Program-made: the position numbers and the translations under genes | Source: Spirochaetes bacterium GWB1_36_13 | GTDB taxonomy: Bacteria; Spirochaetota; GWB1-36-13 | Assembly: GCA_001829155.1 (NCBI GenBank) | Contig: MIAO01000061.1 | Coordinates: 31,714 to 95,713 of the forward strand | DNA length: 64,000 nucleotides | Direction of reading: 5' to 3' | The notes under the pieces: generated by a model | Databases searched by the model: none | What the model was told of the DNA's origin: nothing | The model's input: the letters and a program-made list of their open reading frames with translations, nothing else | Shown here: positions 29,106-38,629 of the stretch, one piece after another | How the letters are laid out: each line of letters begins with the position of its first letter | Position numbering within the stretch: position 1 is the stretch's first letter

Positions 29106-29156
29106 TAGATTCTCCTTATCTTTTAAGATAATAAATTTAATAAAAATCCTACACTA

Positions 29157-30026
29157 TTAATGAAATAATTCACTTTTTTTAGTTAAAATATTCCATTTAT
29201 ACTCAATGTAATGTTTAATCATTTTTTTTAATTCTTCATCAATATTCTTAAATCTGGACTGAATGGCAAGATATTCATCGATCTTAGAAAAATCCGGTTT
29301 ATTTTGAATATGATAAGTATTATTTTCAAATTCATAAATCGGAAAAACTCCTGATTCAGCAGCCAGACGGGAAATCTTTACTGAATATTTTTCAGCATAA
29401 CCTTGACCAGTAGGACAGGGAGAAAAAATATGAAGAACAGAAGGTCCATCGGTTGAAACAGCTTTTTTTACTTTATTTTCAAGATCTTCCGGAAATGCAA
29501 TTGTGGCAGATGCGGCATAAGGAACATTATGAGCGGCGATAATTTCTAAAAAGTCTTTTTTAGGCTGTTCTTTCAGATTGGGTGAAGGAGTCGTGGTAGT
29601 TTCTGTAAAAAGAGGGGTTGCAGACGATCTTTGAACCCCTGTATTCATATAAGCTTCATTGTCATAACAAATATATGTGAAGGGAAGGTTTCTTTCCAAA
29701 GCGCCTGAAAGAGACTGAAGACCTATATCAAAAGTCCCTCCATCCCCGGCCCAGACAATGACCCGGAAATCTTTTTCTTTCTTTGACATGAGTGCGTAAT
29801 GGATCCCTGTAGCCATAGCGCTTCCAGCGGCAAATGCAGAGTGGACTGCCGGGAAATTTAAAGTTCTGTATGGATAAGGTCCTGCGATCACTGACCAGCA
29901 GGAGGCAGGAATCACCATTACTGTTTTCTCAGGAAAATGTCTGGAAGCAAGATTCATGGCTATTGTTGCTCCGCATCCTGCACAAGCTTGATGCCCGCTA
30001 TTTATTCTAGGATTTTTAAGGTACAT
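29157..30026 (-). CDS. porB: 2-oxoacid:ferredoxin oxidoreductase beta-subunit-like TPP-binding protein (PorB/KorB family)
   Basis: CAGCG motif near the N-terminus, a GDGG TPP-binding motif (VWAGDGGTFDIG), and a PorB-like C-terminal tail. No alpha subunit is adjacent. Confidence 0.65.
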   Translation of the reverse strand: MYLKNPRINSGHQACAGCGATIAMNLASRHFPEKTVMVIPASCWSVIAGPYPYRTLNFPAVHSAFAAGSAMATGIHYALMSKKEKDFRVIVWAGDGGTFDIGLQSLSGALERNLPFTYICYDNEAYMNTGVQRSSATPLFTETTTTPSPNLKEQPKKDFLEIIAAHNVPYAASATIAFPEDLENKVKKAVSTDGPSVLHIFSPCPTGQGYAEKYSVKISRLAAESGVFPIYEFENNTYHIQNKPDFSKIDEYLAIQSRFKNIDEELKKMIKHYIEYKWNILTKKSELFH

Positions 30027-30194
30027 AAAAATTCCTTGTTATTTTTTGATTTAAAAAAATTGAATCTTATATAAAGACGCAAAATTAAAAAAAAAGTTGC
30101 AATAATTTTTAAAAAAAATTTAAGGAAAATAAAATTGACCGAAAATCTAAATTGGAGTAAGGAAATTCCGAAACCAATAAAAAGGAAGAATCAG

Positions 30195-31040
30195 ATGCAG
30201 ACTTTAAAAAACAATCTGAGTAAAGCCAAAGAACTTCTGAATACAGGAAGTTATGATGAAGCCATTTCTCTTTATCAGGATATTCAAAAAGAAGACAGTG
30301 AAAATAAAGCTGTTTTTATGGGGCTGGGAAAAGCGTATCTTGAAAAAGAAATGTGGGAAGAATCTCTCTATTCTTTTCTAAGAGCAGAGGTTTTAAATCC
30401 TTCGGTAGAAGTTTATCTTTCTATCGGAATTTTGTTTTATAAAAAGAAAAACTACAGAAAATCAATTGAATATTATGAAAAAGCGGAAATTCAGAAAAGC
30501 GGAATGTTTGAAATATATTGGAACAAAGCTTTAGCGTATGAAAAATTAAAAATGCTCAAAGAAGCTGTTTTCTCTTTTATTCAAGCTTATGAAACTAATC
30601 CGAAAAGTGAGCTTGCCAGAAAAATTGCGCCTATGGCATTGGAAGCAAAACTTTTTCAAGAAGCAGTTCGTTTTTACCGTATTCTGATCCAGAAAGAAGA
30701 GCATTCGCTTTATTATGCTGAGTTAGGTCTGGCTTATATGGAGCTTGGAAACTATGAAGAAAGTAAAAAAGCTTATCAGAAAGCAAAAGAATTATCAAAA
30801 CTTTCAGGAAAATATCCAAAAATAGATGACTTGACATTTGATGATTTTATCGATCAATACCCTGATTTAGAAAATCAAATTGAAAATACGATTCAAAAAA
30901 TTGAAAAAGGGATGGCAGAATACCATGATTATTTTGATCTTGGAAATATGCTTTTTATAAAAGGCGATTATCAGAAATCAGCCGATCATTTCAAACAAGC
31001 CCGGGATATTTATGTTCATAAACTCCTTTTAAGATTATAA
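30195..31040 (+). CDS. TPR-repeat protein
   Basis: Repeated AxxxYxxA TPR-like motifs. The start is taken at the ATG with an AAGGAAG RBS (track ORF starts at TTG 30135). Confidence 0.55.
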   Translation: MQTLKNNLSKAKELLNTGSYDEAISLYQDIQKEDSENKAVFMGLGKAYLEKEMWEESLYSFLRAEVLNPSVEVYLSIGILFYKKKNYRKSIEYYEKAEIQKSGMFEIYWNKALAYEKLKMLKEAVFSFIQAYETNPKSELARKIAPMALEAKLFQEAVRFYRILIQKEEHSLYYAELGLAYMELGNYEESKKAYQKAKELSKLSGKYPKIDDLTFDDFIDQYPDLENQIENTIQKIEKGMAEYHDYFDLGNMLFIKGDYQKSADHFKQARDIYVHKLLLRL

Positions 31041-31043
31041 TTT

Positions 31044-31073
31044 AAACTGAATGGGGATTTTCCCCTTTCAGTT
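31044..31073. terminator. Bidirectional terminator hairpin between convergent genes
   Basis: AAACTGAATGGGGA-TTT-TCCCCTTTCAGTTT forms a 13-bp stem with one mismatch. A/T runs flank both sides. Confidence 0.65.
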
Positions 31074-31705
31074 TAAAGGTAATTGAAAATTTCGAAGAGG
31101 TGGGAAATAACAATCTGATCTTTTCCAAATTCCTCGATAAATCTTTCTTTTTTAAAGATTCCTTCGATCGCAATAAAAGGAATATCGCTTGCTTTTGATC
31201 TTTGACCGTCTTTAATTGAATCCCCGATAAAAAGAATTTCATCTTTCTTTAAACCGGTTTTTTTGATAAAATAGTCAAAATGGGCTTTTCCTTTTTCAAA
31301 GTTCTTTTTATGCCCCATAATGAGTTCAAATTTAATACTTTCTTTTTCAAGAATCTTTTCAATAACATGAGGGTAATTTCCGGATGAAATTGCCAGAATG
31401 TAATTTTTTTTGTTTAATTCCGTTAAAACATTTCGAATTTCTTCATGAAATCCATCGTCTAAACGGGAATCCAGTTTTTTGGTCTCAAATTCATAGACTA
31501 CTTCGTTATTTAATTTTCCATTTGGCATAATGATTTCAATCTGTTTCTCAAAAGCGATCCCTGATGTTTCTATATAAAGTTTTTCACCTTCTTCAACAGA
31601 AATTTGTGGATAATACTGATGAAGGAGTTTTCCGGCCAGAATCCTGAAATCATCCATAGTATCGATAAGAGTGCCATCAAAATCAAAAATAATCCCTTTG
31701 ATCAT
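31073..31705 (-). CDS. HAD-superfamily hydrolase
   Basis: Motif I FDFDGTLIDT at the N-terminus. Motif IV GDSxxD (FIGDSIKDG). Confidence 0.75.
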   Translation of the reverse strand: MIKGIIFDFDGTLIDTMDDFRILAGKLLHQYYPQISVEEGEKLYIETSGIAFEKQIEIIMPNGKLNNEVVYEFETKKLDSRLDDGFHEEIRNVLTELNKKNYILAISSGNYPHVIEKILEKESIKFELIMGHKKNFEKGKAHFDYFIKKTGLKKDEILFIGDSIKDGQRSKASDIPFIAIEGIFKKERFIEEFGKDQIVISHLFEIFNYL

Positions 31706-31751
31706 TTAAAACTCCATAAATAATAACAAAGCGTTCAAAAGAACGCTGATA

Positions 31752-32075
31752 TTATGATTTTTGATAATAGTAATAAGCGTTGATATCTGTCCATCTTGGT
31801 TTTCCAGGTTCATTCAGTTTCATTTTTAAAGTATCGCCGTCTAATTCAAAGATCCCTAAAACCTCGCCCTTTCCTCCGTCACCATAAGTGTGTTCAGTTA
31901 CTTGAATATCTATTTCATGAGGAGTAACACTTTCATTTGTTTTAAAAGTTCCTGAAAACTTAACATTGTACATGGGAAGTTCGCCGTTAAAACTTCCATT
32001 TTCCCTGAATTCATAACTGAACCCTGCCAACACTCCAACAGTAATCTGCCATTTTCCTATAATTTTAGATGCCAT
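31752..32075 (-). CDS. Small hypothetical protein (lipocalin-like beta-rich?)
   Basis: 107 aa. Starts MASKIIGKWQIT with a GxW motif. Higher GC than surrounding DNA. Confidence 0.4.
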   Translation of the reverse strand: MASKIIGKWQITVGVLAGFSYEFRENGSFNGELPMYNVKFSGTFKTNESVTPHEIDIQVTEHTYGDGGKGEVLGIFELDGDTLKMKLNEPGKPRWTDINAYYYYQKS

Positions 32076-32228
32076 AAATCCTCCTGAAAAATTTTCTTAA
32101 AATTTTGAAAGCACTATTAAAAATATAATATTTTGTAAAATAAGGGAAAAAAAATATAAAAAAATATTTTAGGAAATGAAAAAATAGGTTAAATTTTTAG
32201 AACTTATTTAAAAAATAAAGGAAATAAC

Positions 32229-32915
32229 ATGCTCCCGATAAAAGGAATTCGTGCTCTTTCTCTCATTGATTATCCAAAACACCTTTCAGCAGTTCTTTTT
32301 CTGGGCGGATGTAATTTTAAATGTCCTTTCTGCCATAATTATGATTTAGCTGTTTATCCTGAAAAAATGGAAAATCTGGATGAAAACTCTGTTTTTTCTG
32401 AACTGGAAAGAAGAAAAAAAATACTGGAAGCTGTTGTTATTACAGGGGGAGAGCCTCTTCTTTATCCTGAAGTGATTGCTTTTATTGCTCAAATTAAAAA
32501 AATGGGATATCTTGTAAAGGTAGATACAAACGGCTATACACCTGAGCTGCTTGAAAAAGTGATTGAAACGGGAAGTGTTGATTTTATTTCCATGGATATT
32601 AAAACAGCGCTTGAGACTGAAAAATATTCAAAAGCTGCCGGCATAAAAGTAGATATAGAAAAAATCAAACAATCAATCCAAATACTTTTGAAAAATCAGG
32701 TAGAATATGAATTCCGTACAACTTGGATTTCAAAATTTGTGAGTTTTGAAGATATTTTGCAAATTTGTTCTTTTATTTTACCCGCTCAAGCTTATTATAT
32801 CCAGCAGGCTAATGAGGGTCTTGAAGAATTTCAGGGACCTGAAATCAGGGAAATTGAAAAAAAATCTTTAATCATCAAGGAGAAATTTAAAGATTTTAAT
32901 TTATTTATCCGTTAA
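32229..32915 (+). CDS. Radical SAM activating-enzyme-family protein (NrdG/QueE/PflA-like)
   Basis: GGCNFKCPFCHN is a CxxxCxxC radical-SAM cluster motif in the glycyl-radical-activase context. 228 aa. Confidence 0.65.
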   Translation: MLPIKGIRALSLIDYPKHLSAVLFLGGCNFKCPFCHNYDLAVYPEKMENLDENSVFSELERRKKILEAVVITGGEPLLYPEVIAFIAQIKKMGYLVKVDTNGYTPELLEKVIETGSVDFISMDIKTALETEKYSKAAGIKVDIEKIKQSIQILLKNQVEYEFRTTWISKFVSFEDILQICSFILPAQAYYIQQANEGLEEFQGPEIREIEKKSLIIKEKFKDFNLFIR

Positions 32916-32950
32916 TTTCATGGAATAAGACTTATCTCAAGGATATTGAT

Positions 32951-33691
32951 TTGCCTGTAATTTTAGCACTTATTTTGATTTTCAGCGGATGTTCTTCAGA
33001 AAAAAAAGAAGAAAAAAAGATTACTCTCTATCAATCTGATCTTTATTATCATAATCTTGTTGTACCGATTAAAAGAGTCTGGCTTTTAAACGCTTCAAAA
33101 GAGCAGTACCGGAATAAAAAACTTGCCTTTCAGCAGGTGGAACTGCAGTTTGAATATTCAAAAGAAAACTATGAACTTCTAAAAGAAATAGAAGAAAAAG
33201 ATTATCTGATTCAAGAAAAAATGACAAAAATGCTTTCTTGGGTTTTGGATGAAGAAGTGGATACGAAAGAGAAAAAAAGCCGGTTTGAAAATCAGATACG
33301 AGATGAAATAAACAGCGGGCTTGAAAAAGGAAAAATCCTTAAAGTGACTATTTTATCTAAAAAACCTGTTTTAAATATTTATTCTTTCGGAACCTTGCTT
33401 TTTAAGCTGAAAGTCAGAAATTCTTCTTCTATTGTCATAGTCCGATTAGAAATCGGAATCGGCTATGGTAAAAACCGCGATGAAATGATTGAGGAAATTG
33501 TTTCCCGTGATCTTCAGATTAAAGATTTAATTTTTACTCTGATGAGTTCTAAGTATTATGACGATATTGATTCAGTGGATAAGCTGAACGCATTGAAAAT
33601 TGATATTTTAAATATTTTTAATTCAGTTCTCAGTTCAGGTGTTATTGAAGAAGTCTATTTTCTGGATTTTAATCAAAATAAAATGAATTGA
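32951..33691 (+). CDS. FliL-like protein with lipoprotein-type signal (paralog of fliL)
   Basis: Lipobox IFSGCSS. The C-terminal half (LEIGIGYGKNRDEMIEEIVSRDLQIKDLIFTLMSSKYYDDIDS...ILNIFNSVLSSGVIEEVYFLDF) parallels the FliL family pattern. Confidence 0.5.
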   Translation: MPVILALILIFSGCSSEKKEEKKITLYQSDLYYHNLVVPIKRVWLLNASKEQYRNKKLAFQQVELQFEYSKENYELLKEIEEKDYLIQEKMTKMLSWVLDEEVDTKEKKSRFENQIRDEINSGLEKGKILKVTILSKKPVLNIYSFGTLLFKLKVRNSSSIVIVRLEIGIGYGKNRDEMIEEIVSRDLQIKDLIFTLMSSKYYDDIDSVDKLNALKIDILNIFNSVLSSGVIEEVYFLDFNQNKMN

Positions 33692-33815
33692 TTTTATACT
33701 TTCACCTTCTATTTGAAAATCACACTAAGTTATTATTATATTTAAGAGCAAAATCTCATTTTATAAATTCAGAATCAGCCGATATATGAATTTAACGATA
33801 TACCGGGAGGGGCGA

Positions 33816-34373
33816 ATGGCAGAAGAATTAAATGACGAAGAATCAAAAGAAGAAGGCGGGATATCCGAACAGCCGTCCGGAGGCTTTTTATCAAAAGGAA
33901 TTGTAAAAATATTAATGATAGTAGCTTCCTTTCTGGTAGGTGTTATCCTTATGGTTTTAGTTTCTAATATTGTTTTTAATATCAGGGAAAAAGGTTCTCA
34001 AAAAGAGGAAGAAGTAATCTGGTCTCCGGGTGTAACCCCAAAAAAGCCTGCTTACCAGACTCTGGGGCTTGATCCTTTTAAAATTAATTTAAACGATCCG
34101 ACAGGGACGATGCCTGGAATACTCCAGCTTGAAATTGCCCTTGCGTATGAAAAAAATAATGTTAAACTTCAGACTGAACTATTAGACAGGAAACTTCAAA
34201 TCCGTGATAAAATCATTACGCTTTTATCATCAAAAACTTATGAAGATCTGAATACTCCTGATAAAATAGCTGACTTAAAAAAACAGATCAAAAATCAAAT
34301 CAATACCCTTTTAATGGAAGGAATTATTGAAGAAATCTATGTATCTAGTTTTGATGTGATTACACGGACTTAA
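33816..34373 (+). CDS. fliL: Flagellar basal-body-associated protein FliL
   Basis: Single TM, then the FliL pattern (FKINLND...LQLEIALAY...IRDKIITLLSSKTYEDL...IIEEIYVSSFDV). The ATG at 33816 has a GGGAGGGG RBS. Immediately upstream of fliM. Confidence 0.75.
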   Translation: MAEELNDEESKEEGGISEQPSGGFLSKGIVKILMIVASFLVGVILMVLVSNIVFNIREKGSQKEEEVIWSPGVTPKKPAYQTLGLDPFKINLNDPTGTMPGILQLEIALAYEKNNVKLQTELLDRKLQIRDKIITLLSSKTYEDLNTPDKIADLKKQIKNQINTLLMEGIIEEIYVSSFDVITRT

Positions 34374-34401
34374 TAAGGAATAATCAAAAAGGGTTTTTAA
34401 T

Positions 34402-35523
34402 ATGAATGATGCTCTTTCTCAAAGTGAAATAGACGCTCTTTTAACAGTGGTTACCAGTAATGAAGGAAGTGGGGGAGCTCTTGGCGGCGGTGGAGGCGGT
34501 GACTCCAGCGGATTTGATTTAGGCAGTCTTGGAGATCTTTCCTCGATACTCAATTCCGGCGGCGGCGGTGATTTCACTCCTCATTATGAAAAAAGCAAAA
34601 AAGTCAAGATGTATGACTTTAAAAGACCGGATAAATTTTCAAAAGATCAAATTCGTACTCTTCAAATGATCCATGAAACTTTTGCCCGTCTGACAACAAC
34701 TTCTTTGTCTGCTCAGCTTCGGCTTCTTGTTCATGTCCATGTGGCTGCGGTAGAACAGCTGACTTACGAAGAGTTTGTCCGTTCCCTACCAAACCCGTCC
34801 ACTCTAGCCATGATTAACATGGAGCCTCTGAAAGGAAGCAGTATTTACGAAATGGACCCTACTGTTACATTTACAATGATAGACCGTCTTTTTGGCGGTA
34901 CAGGTGCGGCTATTAAATTGAACCGTGAATTGACAGATATAGAAAGTACAGTTATTGAAACAATTATTGTCCGTATTTTGAATAATTTAAGAGAAGCATG
35001 GGCAAATGTCATCGATCTTCGTCCAAGGCTTGGAAACATTGAAACCAATCCTCAGTTTGCTCAGATTGTACCTCCTAATGACATGGTCGTTTTGATTACT
35101 TTTGAAACCAAAATAGGCGATGTGGAAGGAATGACCAATTTTTGTATTCCATATATTACCATTGAGCCGATTATTTCAAAACTGAGCGCCCAGTACTGGT
35201 ATTCAAGTGTCAGAAAAGGACTCACTCAGGAAAACTTCAATATTATTAAAGACAATCTGGTAGATGCGAATATCGATGTCAGCGCTGAACTGGGTGAAAC
35301 GGAAATTACCCTGAAAGAAGCGTTGGAATTGAACCCTGGAGATGTGGTAAGGCTTTCAGGGCATAAAATATCAAGCGATATTCTTCTGAAAATCGGAAAA
35401 AAACCTAAATTCAAATGTAAACCCGGGATTTTTGGAAAAAGAATAGCGGTTCAGGTAATCGATAATTATGACAAAGGCGGAATATTAACTCTTGAAGATC
35501 TCATGAAAGGAGGAGAAAAATAA
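34402..35523 (+). CDS. fliM: Flagellar motor switch protein FliM
   Basis: N-terminal CheY-binding LSQSEIDALL motif. Middle domain (GTGAAIKLNRELTDIE), and a C-terminal FliN-like region. Confidence 0.9.
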   Translation: MNDALSQSEIDALLTVVTSNEGSGGALGGGGGGDSSGFDLGSLGDLSSILNSGGGGDFTPHYEKSKKVKMYDFKRPDKFSKDQIRTLQMIHETFARLTTTSLSAQLRLLVHVHVAAVEQLTYEEFVRSLPNPSTLAMINMEPLKGSSIYEMDPTVTFTMIDRLFGGTGAAIKLNRELTDIESTVIETIIVRILNNLREAWANVIDLRPRLGNIETNPQFAQIVPPNDMVVLITFETKIGDVEGMTNFCIPYITIEPIISKLSAQYWYSSVRKGLTQENFNIIKDNLVDANIDVSAELGETEITLKEALELNPGDVVRLSGHKISSDILLKIGKKPKFKCKPGIFGKRIAVQVIDNYDKGGILTLEDLMKGGEK

Positions 35524-36605
35524 TGGGTGGAAACGGATTATCTCAAAATGAAATAGATGCGCTTTTAGGAACAGTCGATGATGATATATTAAGCTCCGGT
35601 TCCGGTAATGAAATGAATCTTTCTTTTGAAAATGTCAATCAAAATATCAATATTGGAAAAGATAAAAAGGATATTGAAGATATTAACCAATTTATTAATA
35701 ATGCCCTGCTTTCAGGAATTGGTGTTATTGGTGATTTGACTGAAACAAACGCAAATGTATTTGGCGCCAAGTCGCTTTTTAAAGATTCTGATCAGGTAGT
35801 GACTTCAGTGAAGGGCAAGGCTGTTACCGTAGGGATGAGAACCAGGGGAATCTTAAACGGGGAACTTCTTTTAATTTTTGAAGAAAAAGGAATTCTTGCT
35901 CTTGCTGATAAAATGCTGGGGCAGGAAGGAAATACTCTGACTGATATTGTTGTCAATACGCTGGGTGAAAGTTTCAGTAAGTTTTTTAAAGAAATATTTA
36001 ACTGGATTAAAAAATCCTATAATCAAACCGTGGATGGCGATATTCCAAAAATAAATATTTATGATAATCCGATTGATATTGAATTTTCATCTAAACAGGC
36101 TGTAGAAGTCTCTTTCTCCATCAGATTGGATAATAAAGACATTAATTGTATTCTTGCGGTTCCAGCGACAATGGCAAAGGAAATTTTAAACCTTGCCTTA
36201 AAGGGCGGAAAAGAAGAATCCAGTTTTCAGAATAAAGAAAAATCATCTTCGCAGGAAAAAAACAAGCAGATTGATGCCCGTCCCGTTCAATTCAGCCGTC
36301 TGGATGAGTCAAACAACAAACTTCCTTTGGGAAATATTGAAATCCTTTTAGATGTATCGATGCAGGTAACGGTTGAACTGGGACGGACAAAAATGAGAAT
36401 CCGTGAAATCTTGGGATTGGGGGAAGGTTCTATCATAGAGCTTCAGAAACTGGCAGGCGAGCCGGTTGATATCCTGGTCAATCAAAAACTGATTGCAAAA
36501 GGCGAGGTTGTTGTCATTGATGAATATTTTGGAGTCCGAATTACTGAAATTATCAATACAACGGAAATGCTGGGTCTTATGAGTCCTCAAGAAGAAGGTA
36601 TGTAA
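35523..36605 (+). CDS. fliY: Flagellar motor switch protein FliY/FliN (CheC-like N-region plus FliN C-domain)
   Basis: N-terminal LSQNEIDALL. C-terminal FliN/SpoA domain (LLDVSMQVTVELGRTKMRIREILGLGEGSIIEL...KGEVVVID). Confidence 0.8.
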   Translation: MGGNGLSQNEIDALLGTVDDDILSSGSGNEMNLSFENVNQNINIGKDKKDIEDINQFINNALLSGIGVIGDLTETNANVFGAKSLFKDSDQVVTSVKGKAVTVGMRTRGILNGELLLIFEEKGILALADKMLGQEGNTLTDIVVNTLGESFSKFFKEIFNWIKKSYNQTVDGDIPKINIYDNPIDIEFSSKQAVEVSFSIRLDNKDINCILAVPATMAKEILNLALKGGKEESSFQNKEKSSSQEKNKQIDARPVQFSRLDESNNKLPLGNIEILLDVSMQVTVELGRTKMRIREILGLGEGSIIELQKLAGEPVDILVNQKLIAKGEVVVIDEYFGVRITEIINTTEMLGLMSPQEEGM

Positions 36606-36613
36606 TAAAAATT

Positions 36614-38059
36614 ATGGAAAAAGGAAAAGAGCTTACGGTAGAAATAAAGGAAATGAGTCCTTATGGAGTCGGTGTTGCCTATTTAAATTCGGGGATACAG
36701 GTAGAGGTTCCAAAAACATATAAAAATGAAAAGGTTCAGATAGAGCTTTTAGAAAAAATCAGGGATCGTTTTCCTGAAATCTGGACTGCGGTATTAAAAA
36801 AAATAATTGAACCTTCAAAGGAAAGAGTGGTTTCTTACTGCCAGCATTCTGAGGTATGTCAGGGATGCCATCTGGATACTATTCAATATGAAAATCAAGT
36901 TGCTTTTAAAAAAGAATGGGCAAAAAGTTTTTTTGACGGCGCTGAAATTAATTTTATTGAAGCAGAAAAATTTTTAGGTTACAGAAACAGCTCTACTTTT
37001 ATTTTAAAAAAAAAAGAAGAAGAGTTGGAGATAGGTTTTTTTCACAAGGGACGCTTTGTTCATATTGTAGATTGTCCTACCTGTCCTGAGATTTTTACAA
37101 AGATCAATAAAACTCTTTCCAGACTGGTAAAAGAGCAGCCTATTTCAATTTACGAACCGGAACAAAACAAAGGCTTTATTAAAGCTGTTTCTTATAAGTA
37201 CAGTTTTTCTGAAAACAAGGTAATGGTCATCTTTCATACAAAAAATACATTTTTTAAGCATAAAGAATTTATTCAGGCTTTGAAGAATGAACATCCTGAA
37301 ATTGTTTCCGTTTATCAGAAAAAAGAAGACGATAAAGAAGGACGGAAAACATTTAAGGAAAAAAAAGCCTTAATAGAAAAAATTGACGGAGATTTTTATT
37401 TAGTAGATGTTTTCCCGAATTTAAACTTAAAGTTTCAAATTACGGCCGAAAGTAATTTTTCTCCCAATCTTTTTCAAAAAGAAAAAATTTATCAGTCTAT
37501 TATTCAGGCTTTTCAATTTAAAGGGCATGAAAAACTTTTGGATCTTTTTTCAGGAAGCGGGCTTTTCAGCATTGCAGCTTCAAAAAATGTAAAAATGGTT
37601 TTTGGTATTGAAAAAGATTTAAGCGGAATGAATGAAGGTGTTTTTAACGCAAAACTCAACCGGCTGGAAAATACTCTTTTTATTTCAAAGAGAATAGAAA
37701 AAATTAAAGAACTGAAAGATATTGCAAAAGAAGAGTTTCAGGCGTTAATCATTCAGATGCCTTTTAACAAACCCCTTCATAACGAACTCATGGAATTTCT
37801 GGAAGAAAAAAATATTGAAAAAATAGTTCTGGTTTCAATTTTTCCTGAAAATTTAAAAATAGAAATTAAAAAATTCAAGGAAATGGGATATAGTGTTTCT
37901 CAAATTCAAGTTTTTGATATCTTGCCGGAAACTTATCATATTGAAAGTGTTGTAATCTTTCAGAAAAAGAAAAAAATTACCAGAAAAATAAATAAAAATC
38001 AAAAATCTGAAGAAAAAACTCAAACCAATAAAAAAATTGTCATTAGAGCAAAAAAATAA
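36614..38059 (+). CDS. rlmD: TRAM-domain SAM-dependent RNA (uracil-5)-methyltransferase (RlmD/RumA family)
   Basis: N-terminal TRAM OB-fold. A Cys cluster (CQHSEVCQGCH). SAM motif LDLFSGSGLFSIAAS. Lysine-rich C-terminal tail. Confidence 0.7.
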   Translation: MEKGKELTVEIKEMSPYGVGVAYLNSGIQVEVPKTYKNEKVQIELLEKIRDRFPEIWTAVLKKIIEPSKERVVSYCQHSEVCQGCHLDTIQYENQVAFKKEWAKSFFDGAEINFIEAEKFLGYRNSSTFILKKKEEELEIGFFHKGRFVHIVDCPTCPEIFTKINKTLSRLVKEQPISIYEPEQNKGFIKAVSYKYSFSENKVMVIFHTKNTFFKHKEFIQALKNEHPEIVSVYQKKEDDKEGRKTFKEKKALIEKIDGDFYLVDVFPNLNLKFQITAESNFSPNLFQKEKIYQSIIQAFQFKGHEKLLDLFSGSGLFSIAASKNVKMVFGIEKDLSGMNEGVFNAKLNRLENTLFISKRIEKIKELKDIAKEEFQALIIQMPFNKPLHNELMEFLEEKNIEKIVLVSIFPENLKIEIKKFKEMGYSVSQIQVFDILPETYHIESVVIFQKKKKITRKINKNQKSEEKTQTNKKIVIRAKK

Positions 38060-38063
38060 AAAA

Positions 38064-38095
38064 GCGGGAAGAATAATCCCGCCGCTTATTTTTTA
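38064..38095. terminator. Bidirectional rho-independent terminator
   Basis: GCGGGA-AGAATAA-TCCCGC hairpin. Flanked by an A-run upstream and a T-run downstream. Confidence 0.6.
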
Positions 38096-38114
38096 AGAAA
38101 GAAGTTGAATACTT

Positions 38115-38480
38115 TTAAGAGAAAGAAGCAAGCGCTTCGCTTTCACTGTCAAAAATATCAAAGAAACTTGTCAATTTTGTCAGTTCAAAGACTTTCTTTA
38201 CGGAAGCGTAAACATTAATAATTTTGAGCGCTCCGCCGACTTTTTTGAGATTGGAAAGACTAGAAATTAAAACTCCAATTCCAGAACTATCGATGTAGCT
38301 TACTTTTTCGAGATTAATGATGATTTGTCTTTTTTCCTCATCAATGAGCTGTTTGATAGTGTCCTTGATATCTGGAGCATTATAAAGGTCAATTTCTCCA
38401 TTGATATCAAGAAGGATTACTCCTCCATCCTCTCTTCTATTGATTTCCATAAGACCTTCCTCCTTGGTTAAATTAAGCAA
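38115..38480 (-). CDS. Anti-sigma-factor antagonist (STAS domain, SpoIIAA/RsbV-like)
   Basis: 121 aa with the ...VILLDINGEIDLYNAPDIK...SYIDSSGIGVLI... STAS pattern, including the conserved phospho-Ser context DSSG. Confidence 0.8.
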   Translation of the reverse strand: MLNLTKEEGLMEINRREDGGVILLDINGEIDLYNAPDIKDTIKQLIDEEKRQIIINLEKVSYIDSSGIGVLISSLSNLKKVGGALKIINVYASVKKVFELTKLTSFFDIFDSESEALASFS

Positions 38481-38589
38481 TTACAAATATATTAAATAAT
38501 TGTTATTTATAAAAATTTTCTTTTATAAATTCGGTATTTTAATCTCTATAATTTAAAATTATAGTTTAAAACATTATAAAAAATAAAAA

Positions 38590-38609
38590 TTGACCCCTTA
38601 TAAAGTCAA
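38590..38609. promoter_or_regulatory. TTGAC-N10-GTCAA inverted repeat upstream of the STAS gene / downstream of the peptidase gene
   Basis: TTGACCCCTTATAAAGTCAA. On the minus strand it is followed by T-runs, so it could be a weak terminator for the peptidase gene. It also lies in the promoter region of the STAS gene. Confidence 0.3.
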
Positions 38610-38629
38610 ATTTATTTTAAAAAATACAT

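Noticed and set aside
32076-32228. Possible preQ1 or other riboswitch upstream of the radical-SAM gene
   Set aside because: The spacer is almost pure A/T. It has no conserved riboswitch core (no CCC/GGG pairing hairpin or AAAAAACUAA-type tail).
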